Position numbers and translations under genes: made by a program. Below the pieces are notes generated by a model. It was not told the DNA's origin. It did no database searches and worked only from the letters and a program-made list of their open reading frames with translations. 64,000 nt of DNA, taken from contig LSRY02000021.1 of NCBI GenBank assembly GCA_001643675.2, positions 1,343,047 to 1,407,046 of the forward strand, given 5' to 3'. This document shows positions 12,401-24,149 of this stretch, piece by piece; position 1 is the stretch's first letter, and each line of letters opens with the position of its first letter. The DNA comes from Monocercomonoides exilis PA203. Taxonomy: Eukaryota > Protista > Preaxostyla.

Positions 12401-14343
12401 TCCACATTTCCTCCAAATATCTGCATGAAAGACACCTCAAGCAGCAATTTACTGTCAACTGATGATATTTCGCATTCCTCCATTGTCAATGATCCATCGC
12501 CATCCATCACCACAAATGGCTTGCTTGTCCCACTCTCTGCATCCCCTTGCAGCATTGTCACTTTCTGAACACAAAAGGTTCCAGATGAAATTTGAAAAAC
12601 TGATTCAAGCGATGATGCTGATTGCACAACACATTCATTCTTTGACAATCCACAAACGCTGAATTCATTGGATGAAATTGATATTTGTTCTTCTTTGAAC
12701 ACACTTGGTCGCAGGATGAGAGTTTTGTTCGAATTGCTTGTTGATCTTCCGAGCGAATATTTGATAGAGCGACAAAAAGGGGCAAAACCACACTGCTCAT
12801 GATCAATGCCAACTGAATAGTCAGCTGTTATTTGATAATTATTCTCATTATTGGTCATCCACGAACTCAGATCTGATATATCAGTGCAAGTGTAATCACC
12901 GTTTTTGCATCTTGTGATTCTCGGGGAAGCACTTGAAGAATAGCAATCAGTAATGTTGTTTTCATCAATCGTCATCCACTGATGATAACATCCAATGTGA
13001 ATATCATGTCCGTAAGCATTATTTTTTGCTGTATTGTTATGGAAAAGACAATATTTAATGTTTATTGAAGGATTATTAAGTTCTTCTTCTTCTGCGAAGA
13101 ATATACAAGGAGCATAATTCCCACTTTTGCAATTCTGCATCGAACAATTTGAAATCAATATAAATGTGCTTACGCGCCATATATGAGTAACTGCTGAATA
13201 TGCTTCTGAGCTTGCATTGTCGAAAACACATGAAACAACGATGCATGGATTCTTATTGCATGCAGCCCAATAAAAACATGTTTTGCTGTTTGAAGAACAA
13301 TTGATCATCGAAGTCACATTTATCACTCCAGAATCAATATCCCCACATTGAAATCCTCCTGTTTCTCCTGGAGACGAACATTTGCACACATAACAATTTT
13401 CAGAAACAAATATCCCATTTGAATGATACATAGCAACAGCACCACAACCGATTTTTGAAGAGCATTCCAAGAATGAACAACGGTGAAGTATTATTGATGC
13501 ATTTCCCTCTGCTTGCAAGGCGCCACCAGCTTCATCACTCTGAACATTGAATGTGCCATCGTCAAACACATTTTCTCCTTCTGTGAAAATTTGTCTTTTG
13601 TTATAAGTTGTGAAGCATTTCAAAAACGAACAATTTCCACTTCGAAAAGAGATCATCGCAGGCGAAAGAATGCCTCCAGAATATGGACTTTCACAACCAA
13701 TCATCTCCGTTCTTTCCACCAGGACTCGGTCAGAGCATCCATTTCCATTGTCGCACTTTTTCATTGATTTTGGCAAAGTGATATTTTCGAACAAAGAATC
13801 CGATACAGATATTGATGAAAGACAACTTGAAGAAAGAAATGGCTCATTTCCATGAACTTCAAATGATGAAATCCTTGAAGAAGACAAGCACAATTCACCA
13901 CAATGATGAAGAACTTCCTTTGAACGATGTGCAATCAAAGACGATAATTGGCGATCATGAACCACAAAATTGATTGAAATATTGCTGAGACATATTCGGC
14001 CTGCAGAACAGCCAAGCAGATTTTTTGATTGTGGATGGACTGAAAACGAACAACAGCAAATATCCAGTCTCGAATGTGAATCAACTGATGCAAAATACTT
14101 CTCCATGTTCATGAAATATGAAAGTGTAGACAAGTTAATTGTTGAATTCTGGACAACAAAAAATGAATGATCATTTTCCGCTTCACCTTGCATGCTCTTT
14201 TCTTTGTTTGTCTGCTCAAATGATAATCCTTGATTATCTGAACTCAAAATTGTTGTTGAACAACAACAAAATTCAATTCCATCAATGTTGTTTCCAGAAA
14301 CCAACAAACAAAATAAGAGGCACCCTATAATGAGCAAATTCAT
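6490..14343 (-). CDS. Large single-pass surface receptor-like protein (2617 aa): signal peptide, Cys/Gly-rich beta-helix-like ectodomain with GGA/GGG repeats, TM, C-terminal pseudokinase C-lobe
   Basis: Intronless ORF with a hydrophobic N-terminus, repeated GGAL/GGGL/GGGM motifs and CG....PC.SI modules. TM segment IWPIIVIIMAVILVIVLIVSIVVTIRWRK. The tail RWKAPELL...VVFSIGMMVWECLTLQIPF...RPTL matches kinase subdomains VIII-XI (TK/TKL-like). Confidence 0.9.
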   Translation of the reverse strand: MNLLIIGCLLFCLLVSGNNIDGIEFCCCSTTILSSDNQGLSFEQTNKEKSMQGEAENDHSFFVVQNSTINLSTLSYFMNMEKYFASVDSHSRLDICCCSFSVHPQSKNLLGCSAGRICLSNISINFVVHDRQLSSLIAHRSKEVLHHCGELCLSSSRISSFEVHGNEPFLSSSCLSSISVSDSLFENITLPKSMKKCDNGNGCSDRVLVERTEMIGCESPYSGGILSPAMISFRSGNCSFLKCFTTYNKRQIFTEGENVFDDGTFNVQSDEAGGALQAEGNASIILHRCSFLECSSKIGCGAVAMYHSNGIFVSENCYVCKCSSPGETGGFQCGDIDSGVINVTSMINCSSNSKTCFYWAACNKNPCIVVSCVFDNASSEAYSAVTHIWRVSTFILISNCSMQNCKSGNYAPCIFFAEEEELNNPSINIKYCLFHNNTAKNNAYGHDIHIGCYHQWMTIDENNITDCYSSSASPRITRCKNGDYTCTDISDLSSWMTNNENNYQITADYSVGIDHEQCGFAPFCRSIKYSLGRSTSNSNKTLILRPSVFKEEQISISSNEFSVCGLSKNECVVQSASSLESVFQISSGTFCVQKVTMLQGDAESGTSKPFVVMDGDGSLTMEECEISSVDSKLLLEVSFMQIFGGNVELSGVGISDMNFISDSLISFNVNQSGSVLHVVNTNITSIQRESGSGGIIERNDASSGSVVVENCHFENVSAGKDGGGLGMRGEWKGELIVNGTTMFEGCCAGSLEEKGRGGGLFINVDSTESDFTIYESVIFSEENPNRAFHGSDVFVQCGSGLLLEEIIDQASFGFFKDGNCMNNEEKLCGCEDGTSLPVIPLCVYLCDFESPISVDERSGADHSHCGYSVFCCSTIDFCVRERVNELVNAMEVISSASIKNPFVVPLFQTSQISISSSSASSSSSQYPLVNVGLTDNISTDCHNVIQCSGSFSLSFLSFALPRVLPSSISSIIQSSIFLSLSNISIVFSADTLASSVAFSLIHVSGGELELTGLVVSEDITFAELSPINVNGASRVAVEGCTLTEMANEGGSGGCVKVETSGGGTISIKNTNISSKCKNEEGLRGGGMMILIGSGGSLEMKNVNLSECEVPSVDIEDGGKGMGGGMFVALPEEIEKFVMEGMTFEGCNAWKGKNLFVSGWDLREVVNKDHLKWEMSSEELESLDELCGWEGMTTGEEYEIPLVVYLWSNWSGKGFVSKEKGGGFSGCGYSEAPCSSIDHMIKMRFSPVGLEKSIIKVEGSASLKHSVSLLPSKPSDENRPLISVEGGDEAVHLFVSGDGDSSDDGSLISNSVNASFSNLIIDLPSRYEFHKSFIRSVYSVSFSLCRFIPSDTLSPSSSSLCVLDIAEGDVSLEHCALATLSLANPFLRLSANFHSAHMHNTSFINSSVSSDSFISVFPTGLHSNQLALGDSPDLPVDCPSMNMTSVTVENVSRTEEGSVFLGVDEFAGLKCGMENCTFWNCLSRQSNRGGGLMMHMKNEESSLGVKNCTFVLCACSESTGRGGGMMLDFCDPDAPFQTPSKPLLLHVASVQFMMNSAFMGKDVFINCHSIGEQINETLFALDFSQPSLRMNTSICGSDSAHSDIDLIPLITFLYTPQVFVSMESEDSNQCGKQDNPCRSVSHGVRHVQAGLFNAICVDSSSVVAEPTVVSDLTLKSITKHQSAIHFNSSIEEESEGSWIMLFENECLVEDCLFSFDEHFSAEHTAIMKQLNGSLAFSGCTLQSSSVESTLNSSVIVVEGGVFEMEKSSICVMGTAQPLFLFKGGSAATLNQIEISTIKTTATAMIVESSASVNIMQLAASDIRLCGENFISLAKGKNQHVNEKDAGERVVLQMGISSFSNITSSSSSSSNSHVVESACEKTRSQLLNCSFERCFTPSEKGSLVEISSGASLSLQSCELIGCEDEHQSEKNGADEDVCKWTGSVVDVCEGLLEMKDTSITNSSKGGLSISGGSAVIESCLFENNSKRIERYRSARRNVFCTGSGTLNVVDLKGGDGWERNTSLWILNEGCKLLGIAAERSSEFFIPTLKSVETTQKEDTVELTFRGTLLLPCNLGFQIVSKINNVSSIETHAFAEDEFVSEEEVQGKIGSSLVSSAPTEAEVAVCILFGNVSNPSSTESFVLKNKSESEPKGDEKIVEGGKKEKSIWPIIVIIMAVILVIVLIVSIVVTIRWRKVKNEAKDLREIVNDTVRKDPKLIEMVTMEMSPEEQWRRAEREAEKKNEERMKKRVYEKSLGHSESSEHLLSESGSTEYILGRDSDKIPEWMLEKVDEKEEEEEETRKRTPSPSISSTSTTDTSDTESTFVRGEDLCPTTSSMSNLVDAMACSSPHEKLIVDLRDSMFMLLHGRNKTKEMAIGTLQEREQTAAQILFWVANLALHSFDEMNNPLQSLANLSPHIVLFSEHMVICIALHSDCSSDDSDSSSISSTTTIATSSSDCSCANGNGRGSPPPSSAFEDEDDFRKECMRWKAPELLSGAKGHATKKTVVFSIGMMVWECLTLQIPFGEYEAEAAGQKIANGERPTLCSCEGISLGQTACAAMSQQPHSRPTLQELKKAFIALFPPASAMLTASDAIDLVDATGIPPPSALPASAVSETLTSF

Positions 14344-17300
14344 AGAATGTTGAGAATCAATAATTTTATTATGGTTCTGAAAGAATTATCTCAATTATTG
14401 TTTGTTTCAATAAAAAAGTTTTTCTCTTTCAAATCGAGAATTTGACAATCTCAGCCCAATTAGATCATGAGCAGTTGTAATCAAAGAAAAAGATAGATGA
14501 ATATTTGATTGTGGAAGAATAGATTGTGAAATTACCAATTCATCAATGATCCAAATGAACAAATTCCAATCAATTCCTTCTGCACGAATCTGTATCTGTG
14601 AATTAACTAATAAATAATAGAATTCCGTTCAAAGAGCACTTCAAATTAATCTCTGTTGTGGTGGTTGAAAAACATTCCAAAAAAAAATCAGAAGATAGAT
14701 TTTTTGTTTGTGAATATCTTCCGATGTTTCATTCATCAGTTTTATTGGTTCTTGAAAACGTTATCAACAGAATTTCACATGCGTTTGAACCACATCTCCA
14801 AAAAAGTCGTTGAAGAAGAAAAGTTGAAAGAACATGGTAGCCGAATAAATGAATTAGAGAAAATGCGCTCACAAATGGAATACATCAGAAGTTCAGTGAA
14901 TTCCTCATATGAGTTCAATTCGAGGTATTTTTTAATATTCATTAATATTTGCATTTCAAGAATATATTTTTCTGTTTTGATCATTCCTCATTATGAAAGT
15001 GTTGAATTTGAAAAATATTGAAATTGCCAAATGTGAGCAGCTGAAGTTTGTCCTGTTTTAATTAAGCTGAAAACATCTTCTTTTGTTGATTGGGCATCTT
15101 CACAATCATGGCTTTGTGTGCTGGATGCATTCACCAACGGTCTTGTGAAAATGAAAATTAAGATTGTCATTCTTTTCAATGTGCAAACTGTTCTCCAACA
15201 CCTGTGGTTATCGTGTGTTGAGATAATGAAAGAGCTTGATGATGTCATTTTCATGTGATGTGCAATGTGTTCTGTTTTTTTGAGTGTCAATGAATGAGAA
15301 CTTACAAATGCGAACTCTTTGCAAATCCATCAAATGAACTGCGGAAATGATGCGAAATCAGATGCACGACACGCATTTATTCGGACCAAGTGTGTGGTTT
15401 GAACCAATCGCTTTTGTTATTCCTTGACGCCCAAATTTCACAGCGAGCACAGTCAAGTGTTTTTCACAACCATATTCTATTATTAGATGAATTGCACAAT
15501 TTTTGTATAATTGTGAAATTATTGAAATAATTTGAAATTCGTTTATGTTATTTTGAAATAATCAAGTAATTTTGAAATTTTTCAGAAAAATTGAAAATAA
15601 GGCAGTTATTTTAAGTTCCACCAACAAATTTCAAGTTTTATAAAATTGTGGGAAGATCTCATATTTTTCACAGTATTTTTTGCACATTCGAAAATAGCTG
15701 TTTATTTGTCACAACTGTTATTAAATATTTAATATTCAATTATCAGAACATTTACCAACAAATTTTTCGAAATAAATCCTTTTTCGTATTTTTGTGAAAA
15801 TCGTTAAGAAAAAAAATATTATTCAGCGTTTTCTACGATTATTGAAATGTTTCCATGAACAATAAATGATTGTTCTTATTTAAAACATTTCAAAAATTTA
15901 ATATTAAATGGTTAAATATTACTGATTTGCAAAAATCAACAGAATACATCAAATATCAAAAAAGAGAGCTATTTAAATTTAAGAACATTTCAAATATTGA
16001 TGTTATGCACAATAATGAATATTTCCTGGAGAAAAAAATGTCACTGTTTCTTGTAAAACAAGGCAAAAAAACTGAAAAAGAAAATCAAATTAGATTTCGA
16101 TAATGCATGCTCATTATACAATTCTATTAACAATAAAAACACTATTCAAAGCTTTTTGCAAATCTTATTGTTTCTTCGTTTTCCTCTTATTCTACTTCTC
16201 AATATATCATTTTTTTAATCTTCAAAACTTATTTGATCCATTTCTCTTGTTTATTTCAATGTGAATTTCATCGCCTCCTTTCTGCCTTCCAAAAAAATTC
16301 ATCAAAGCCTAATCGTCTATTCTGCTTCCACTTAAATAACTCTGCAAACTCCATTCTATAAAAAACAGTCAAAGAAGAAGATTCCTTCAGAAGAATCACT
16401 TCCCATCCCTTGTTGATGTATTGCCTTCTTCTTCTCTCCATTTCCTCCAAAACAACATCACATCAACGCATCCACTTCCCAATCTGACCATTCTCCCAAC
16501 CAAAAAAAATCTATTTTCATTCTTTTTCTATCTCCTTTGAAAGGTACCTTCCCATAGTCAGCCCCTCATCTCGTTCCATCCCTGTCGCACCTCTGTCTCC
16601 ACACCCCCAATGCAAAGTGCTGCGTTCAATGTTCCTTCTTCCTCTCTTCCTCCACCTCAGCCTCCATCCCCAACCCAGAAAATGAGAGGCGCGTCTAAAC
16701 CGTTCATCTAATAAAAAAAAAAATCAAAATAAAAAATTCTTCCTCACATTTTTCCCCCTTCAACCCCACTTCTCTTTCTTATTAAACACTCACTCACAAA
16801 TACTCTTTCTCTTGCTCCACCTCATTCGCCTCCTCCCTTTCTCTGCATTTAAAAAATAACATCTCCTCCCCATTCCTTTTCCATATCTCTCCATTTCCGA
16901 TCCAACTCTAATCCTCCCCTCCAATAAATATACTCCATTCACTCCGCCCATCTTCTTCCCTTCTTATCTTCCATCTCATCTTACCTCCTCAACATCAAAT
17001 TCCATTTCTCCAATAATTAACACAACACCCACTCCTTTCAAATAACATAAATCTCAAAAACAACTATACAGCTTCATTTCAATCCATCTCCAACACATAC
17101 ATTTCCACAACAAAACTCCACAAAAATGCCTGTTTCTCTCCCCAAAAAACCCCTCACACTCTCCATTCAACTTTAAAACCCTGTTTCTCCCTAACCACTC
17201 AAATCCTTCCTAAAGCACAATAAATCCATTCTTTTGTAATCACGTTGTCTTCATATGTCATTTCAGCCACAGCGCATCGTGTTGTGCCCCTTTTCTGAAT

Positions 17301-18099
17301 CTGCCCCAAATCTGTTATGGAGACGATCAAACCAAGCCAACTTCAACAAAAGTGGCACAACCACCCGCAGAGCGGAAGTTCCATGCACTCAAAATGTGGC
17401 TGCTGGAATAGGTAAGTTTTATGCAGCGATGAGGCCAATAGGATTGCAACTGTATTTTTCTGAGGGAAGTGAACGCTGAATAATCTGATTGTTGGAAGGT
17501 GTGTTGGAGCACGAGCTTCCACAATACCACCAAATAGAGGCGCAGTATGTGCTTTAATTTTTTGTTTGTGTTAACTGATGAATTTAATTCTTATTTTCAT
17601 CTTCATAATTGAAAAGGTGTGATGATATTGTTCGAAATGGACAAATAACAGATTCATTTGATGAGTGAGGAGTGAAAAGCAACTGAGAGGTCACTATTTC
17701 AGAAATATGAGGGAAGTGAAGCAAAGGAAGGATATAATGATTACATGTTTTTGAAAAAATATGGAAGAAAAAAATGAGTCAATACGAATTAGAAAGAGCT
17801 TGAAGCAGAAGCAGGAGGAAAAGGAGAAGAGGAAGAAAAACATGAAGAAGAAGAAGATGATGATGATGAAAGAGATGAATGAGGAAGCAAATAGTTGATT
17901 ATTGGGTGAAGAATAAAAAGAAAAAAAAGGATTTGATGACTTGAAGACGACACACAAGAATTTCTTGTTTTCTGGTTGAATGATTGAAAATCAGTCACAT
18001 TTGAAGGAAGAATTTATTATATTGTTTCAAAAATTGAATTTGACGTGTTTGGCAGCAAAAGGGTTCCTAAAACGGAAGATTAGAATTCTGAAGATGAAG

Positions 18100-18470
18100 C
18101 GATGGAAGGGAAATGGCAGATGAGAAGTTGAGGCGGAAGAGGAAGAAAAGAAAAAGAAGAAGAAGAGGAGGAGGAGGAGGAAGAAGAAGAGGAAGTTGTT
18201 GTTGTTGGAATAAATCCTGGATTGATTATCAAGTTGGTGCAATTCCTGGATTGGAAAATGTATTTGGTGAAGACAAAGCATTAACAGAAGAGGGGGAAGA
18301 AGAATTTGAAGAAGAAGAATTTTGTGAAGAAGAAATAGAAGAAGAAGAAGAAGAAGAGGAAGAAGAAGGTGAAAAAGATGTTGAAGAAGAAGAAGAAGGT
18401 GATTGAGGAGGAGAAGAGGAAAGAGAAGAAGAGGAAGAGGAAGAGGAAGAAGGAGAAGGTGAAAAAATTG
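18100..18470 (+). repeat. Purine-rich (GAA/GAG)n low-complexity tract, acidic coding remnant
   Basis: Directly visible; encodes Glu-rich runs. Confidence 0.7.
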
Positions 18471-18583
18471 ATGATAATGTCCAATCCCTGGAGGAGAATT
18501 ATTTGCAAAGTTTTCCTGTGAATGTGAGGCATGAGATTGTTGAAGGAGAATGAACGAATGGGAGATGGCGGGACAATCTTATA

Positions 18584-19503
18584 ATGGTGAAGGTGAAGGA
18601 GGAGCTGGTGGAGCTGTGTGTAGAGCGGGAGCGGATTGTTGGGAAGCCAGTTGTGGAAGGGATAATACAGCCGGACGGGACGATGAGCATCACGTTTATT
18701 GGGGAGAGGCTGTTTGGGAGGAGAGAGAGAAGAGAAGGGGGTATGGGTGGGGATAAGTGTGAGCGTTTGGCATGTGATGGGGTGACGTTGCATTTGAGCT
18801 CGGACAGGCAGAGAGAGAGGATGGACGAGTTTGTTGCGATAGGGGCGGTTGTGCCGCAGGAAAGTGTGCCGTCGATTGCTCTGCGGGATGCGACGTATGC
18901 GATTGGGCAAGTGTGCCACGGGAAAGGGATGATTGGGGTGTTTAGTGTTTCGTATTGTGTGTTTGTGGACGAGTGGGAGTCGCTGCGGATGTGTGCGGTG
19001 GATCTTTCGGTGGGTCCGCTGGCAGCATCGTCGGCGTTCCGTTGGATGTCGTATCTGCTGCAGGGGGGCATCGAGATCGCGTCTGGAAACTACCTCCTTC
19101 CGCGCCGCTGCGGCACAGCCGCTTTGCATGTGCGTGCTCCGTCCTCTGATTCTGCGCATTCTGCCTGTGCTCGGCCTCAGGGCTGTTCGAGCGGAGCACA
19201 CAGGTCGGACTCGCCGCTCCATGTGGCAGGTGTGGAGAGAAAGTGTCTTCTCAATCGTAGTTTGTCCCCGCTGATTCCTCTGAACAAGCATGTTCATGTC
19301 TCTCTCCAATGGCGACACACAGCTTTGTGGTGGTGCAGTTGTTCTACTAGCCTGAGCTGTCGCTTGTTCAGCTTGAGTTATTCTTTCCGAACGGTCAGGA
19401 GCATAATATTACGTTTGACTTTGTAGAGAAGTTCGGTATTCTGTTCCAGCTGATCGGGTATCTCATCGCGGTGGAAGTGGGGTTTGTAGTGTGCGAGCTG
19501 TAG
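18584..19503 (+). pseudogene. Fragment resembling the C-terminal region of IQ-motif-containing protein H (IQCH-like), frameshifted
   Basis: IIQPDGTMSITFIGE..., GAVVPQESVP..., AIGQVCHGKGMIGVFSVSY..., MSYLLQGG...LPR and, in another frame, HNITFDFVEKFGILFQL...VGF recall IQCH C-terminal blocks. Recognised from memory, not searched. Confidence 0.6.
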
Positions 19504-19840
19504 GCGTTGCTTGCAGCGTGAACAGCAGCGCGAGCACCTGAAATAATGGATACTCAAAGAACAACTCAATATTCATTCGCTTTTCCTTTTTCTCACGCAT
19601 TTGTGTCTATCTCTTTCTTTTCTCATTAACAACTTGCATATTCCTAATAATTCTTTCAATTCCATAAAAAGCAAATTCAAAATGCCTATAATGAAACTTT
19701 AATTGTAAAAGAATGTGTAAATAACGAAATATTTAGATGACATTTGCTCTGTTCACATTATCCATTAATAATTCTTGATAAAAAATATTAATCAACTTTG
19801 TAGAAACTTATATTAATGTGGAGTGTCAGCTTCCAGCTGA

Positions 19841-21022
19841 TTAGTTCAGCGCGCTTATCCTCAGCTCTCCTGCTCCAGTAATCGCAAACATCTTTGATCC
19901 GCGATTATTAGATTGAGCTGAGTTGTGCACAAGAACAAAGTCCCTTGTAGTCAAGGTGCCTGTCGAATCAGAAAAAAGAGACAGCCCAGATGCTCCTAAT
20001 TCTGTTCGGATTACTGTGCTCATATCACTTTGGCCATAAGCAGTAAAACTGTCTGATCCACAATCAAAACTATTTGTTTCGATTATTGTTCCTGCGAGCA
20101 TCCAGACATCCGTCACATAGTCAGAAATAAGTTAAGTCAAACAATGGGTGATTGTATTTCACGGATAGCTTTCATAGATCCAACTTGAAAAAGTGCATTT
20201 GGAATTTGTTTGTGCTGCAGTTGAAAAAACAAATCTGGTTCTTCCTCCAGCATTATTAAGCCATTCACTTCTGTTAATGATTGAACCAGAGTTTGTGTTA
20301 ACTCTGCTTGTTGTCTGTCTTGTTGAATAGCACGTGAAATCAATGTTGTTTGATGTTGAATTGTGGAGAGCAATATCATGACCCCCTGCAACGCACGTGT
20401 TATTGTGGAAAAAACAATAGTAAAACAAAAATACCACTGTTATTCGTATCAATCAATATTTTGACAGCGCCTCCTCAGCACATGGAATAACAATTGCAGA
20501 ATTGGTAGTTTGAAATTACAACTTGACACACATGACCCCAATGTTCTATGGAACCTCCAATGCCGTTAAATGAGCTATTGCACCTGTAGTTTTCTTAAAA
20601 GGAACCCGCAACGCAGTGCTTTTGTTTTTGAGCAGTTTCTTGATGAAAACTAATTCCTCCTCCATTGTCTCCAGAAGAGTAATTTTGAAAGGAGCAATCA
20701 TCAACAACTGGTTGGACATGAATGTTCTCAATCATTATTCCTGCACCACCAAACTGTGTGGTTGTTGCAGCCGAACATTTGGTGAATGTTGAATGAAGCA
20801 TTGTGTGTTCAGCGATTTTGAAGACAAATATTCCCCCACCTCTTGTGGAAGTACCATTGCAGTTTGTGAATGAAGAATTCTCAACTGTGAAAGTTGCATT
20901 TTCGTTATCTTGCACATAAATAGCACCTCCTTGTGCTGTGCAGCCAACCCATCCGCACAATGAAAAGGATTGGCTTTCCATTGTGTCCATTTTATTTTTC
21001 CTTGAATTTGATTATTATTCAA
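19841..21022 (-). pseudogene. Degenerate fragment of a GGAI-repeat (POMP/beta-helix-like) surface protein gene
   Basis: GCTAQGGAIYVQDNENATFTVENSSFTNCNGTSTRGGGIFV..., CFFHNNTCVAGGHDI... Split into several short ORFs by frameshifts and stops. Confidence 0.75.
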
Positions 21023-24000
21023 TTCTATTTAACATTGATGAGAAAAATTTTTCATTTGAATTGCTTTAACCAAGAAAAACAGTGAAAATGAAAGAATAAG
21101 TTATTTCAAATCTAAATAATTTTTCAAGGTAAAAAACTTGTGAAACACATTGCACATCAAATATCTTGTTCAGATACTTTCATGATAAAATCCAACAACT
21201 CTTATTACACCAGATAATAAATTTTCGAATTGATCAAAAAACAACATTAAAAATTTTCATGAAGAACTGATTTTTTTTAGGATGCTGAAGTTTTTCAAGA
21301 TATTCTTTCTCATTTATGAATTTTTGAATATTGATGATTTATAATTGCAACGGAGTGTTTCATTCCTTTCTCCAATAGGTAAATATTTTTATCCTTGGCG
21401 ACTTTTCAAAAAATGTGACCCTTTTCATTCATCCGTGAAAGAAATGAAATGAAAACCTTCAAACTTTAATGATAATGTTTTAGAAGAGAGCAAAATTGGT
21501 TTCTTAAGCTTGTTTCAAAAAATCATAAATAATTTCCGAAAAGGATCGTTAATATGTTTGTTTATTTAACATTAACAATAAAAACACAAGAGAATAATAT
21601 GAAAATATGATTTAAATAACTTTGGTGCATGCATAATATATTTTAAGCATAGAAAAAATTCGTCTACCCGAGTTATTGCAAAATTCCCCAAAAATTTCAA
21701 AATTTCCATAGACAATTTCAAAATTATTGGGTAATTTTGAAATAACCCAATAATTTTGAAATTTTTTTTTATTTCACAATTCATCTATTCGATTCAGTTT
21801 TTTGTTTGTGTGAAAATTACAAAAATTGTTTTCTGCAACAATTATTTCAATCTCAGTTTCTCGTCTCTTTTTGCGATAGAAACAGTGTTAATATTTTTTC
21901 AATCCGGTATTTTCTTTCTTTCTTTCTTTCTTTCTTTCTTTTTTTATTTTTTTCCTTTTTTCTTTCTTTCTTTTTAACATAATCATTTTTCATAGATAAA
22001 TAAATAAATAAATAAATAGATAAATAAATAAATAAATAAAAAAACATTTGAATCCATTCTTTTCCACAAACGGCAAAATAATTGTATTTGTGAAAATAAA
22101 CAATGATTTGTATCTTCCTTTTCTGCTATTAATTCATTTTAAGTCTCATATTCATATGTAATAAAATATAGGGTGGTTTTTTTAACCTTACATTTTTTTT
22201 TAATCCGGACATTTTTTTTATTGGCGTATCTCACTAAATAAAAACTAAAAACAAAAAAAGCATATTGCACCAGGTTTGAGCACGTATTAAATGTTCATAC
22301 AAAAAGATTTTTTTGTCAATTTTTGTTTTTGATGAAGATCTTGAGAATTTTTAATTTATTTTTGTACATTTGTTTTGCTCGTTTTTAATCGACTCTCTTT
22401 TTCTGTCAGTTTTTAGCTACTGGACCATGAATCATTCATAATTATCATATACAATTTCAAATCTTTTTTGTTTTTTCTTATTTTTTTCACGAGTTTTTCG
22501 CATTTCATTGTTTTTGAAGAAAATTATAAAAAAACTCATATTTTCTCAACTGTTTTTTGTTCTTTCATTAAAAATATTAAAATTTAGTGCAAATTAGATA
22601 AAAATGCATTGCTACTCAAAATCGTTTGTCATATTTCATAAAATCAAAAACAAAATGAGAAATTTTGTCAAAATGAAAAATCTATTTGTACTGTTTAAAC
22701 AACAACATTTTATAAAAATTTCACATGGTATATATTTACTGCAAGTATTTATCTTTTTATGCACATCTCCAAAAACATCTAATAAATATTGTGTAGCTCA
22801 TTATTTTCAGATTTTTGTAATTTTCTTTAAAAATAATGAAATGAGAAAAACTCGTGAAAAAATAAGAAAATTCGCAATAGAGCGAATCTACGAACGCAAG
22901 GAGCAGGTTTGCTCCTCAACATTGAGTCTTGATCACGATTTATGGGTTGTTTAAGATCTAACTTCGCCAATTCTTATATTCAAGAAGATCTTTATTGTCC
23001 GCAACTAAAATGAAGCAGCAACCTGTTTTGAAAAAATACAGAGACGGCGATGGAGAAGAATTAGATCTATTTTTGAAACTGGAAAGAGCGAAAATTATTA
23101 TTGTATAATTTTCCTGGATCGGAGTGCGAAATACATCATTCGGAACAAAATACTGCGCGCAGCCGATAAAACAGAAAGGAAAGCCATGCATTGTTTAGAG
23201 ACGATATCAAGAACAGAAACTACAATATATTGAAAGATTATTATTGAAAATATTGCCGCATTGTTCCGCGAGATAATATTTTATTATAGAAGCCACGATA
23301 TTTCATCAGATACATAAACAAAAATGAAGATATGAATTACAGTAGACTTTTTCAATAGAATGAAACAACTAATATCGTGAGAATTTATTAGGAACAAGAT
23401 CCGTGAAGTGTCGCAAGATGCAGTTAAATTGAAATAATAATAATAATAAATTGCTTGATATTACTAGAACTAAAGAGGATAAATGTACACATTGCAGCGA
23501 GATTACTATTGAGGAAGGATTAAATAACAATAAAGAGATAATTACTTATTATAAAGCTGCAATTTTCCTTAAGATAGTTACACAAATACAAATTTACTAG
23601 AATTCGCGATTGTAAAAAATTAACATACGTTTCCAATTTGCTGTGAGATATTATTACGAGGATAGTTGTAATAACCGTGCTTTGCCGCGAGACCGAGAAA
23701 GGAGAGAGAGTAGAGAGAGAAGAGAGAGCAGCGCTTTGCCGCGAGAAATGTGTGAATTTTAAAATAGCTAGATATCGCAAGGATTAACGAAGACATATAC
23801 ATGTATTACAATGAAATTATAATAGAAAGATAATATTACTCCAATCAAAAGATAATGAATTAAAATTAAGATATGCGTTTTCATTAAATAATAACAAAGA
23901 ACACAACCTCGTTAAATCGTGTAACAGAGATAGAGAATAGAGAGAACCGCACTTTAGAGCGAGGTCATGATTTGATGGAGAATAGAGAAAGCCGAACTTG

Positions 24001-24149
24001 GCTGTAATATAATTATAAAGTTAAAAACTCAACAATTCGATAGGCTTATATATAGAGAATGAAGACAAACTATCGTTTGATGCAATATCAAAAACAGAAA
24101 TGATGAACTTTAAGTGATTAAGAATCTGAAATGATACTGTTCATAATAA

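Larger units (their letters stand above)
15485..21786. mobile_element. 6.3-kb non-autonomous Pack-type TIR element (10-bp TIR, 3-bp TSD), superfamily unassigned
   Basis: Ends AGATGAATTG...CAATTCATCT, with ATT duplicated at 15482-15484 and 21787-21789. The paralogous empty site (CCATATTCTATTATTCGATTCAG) is present as the reverse complement at ~52491-52513. Both ends carry AATTTTGAAAT-like subterminal repeats. Confidence 0.85.
5060..22040 (+). repeat. Left copy of an ~11 kb inverted segmental duplication (interrupted by the 15485-21786 insertion)
   Basis: Reverse complement of 52225-63529. Coordinate sums are constant (68590 distal, 68599 proximal to a 9-bp Ser-tract indel). Homology is near-identical over ~5060-15062, resumes at 15236-15484 and 21787-22040, and ends in (TAAA)n. 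Confidence 0.92.

Noticed and set aside
14656-15021. 121-aa ORF retained in both duplicate copies (also 53578-53943)
   Set aside because: Non-ATG start and no recognisable motifs; its retention is explained by the recent duplication.
16268-16450. Possible transposase remnant inside the 3-bp-TSD element
   Set aside because: Only a vague resemblance; no catalytic motifs could be identified.
18281-19318. 345-aa minus-strand ORF
   Set aside because: Antisense shadow of the IQCH-like fragment and the GAA-rich tract.
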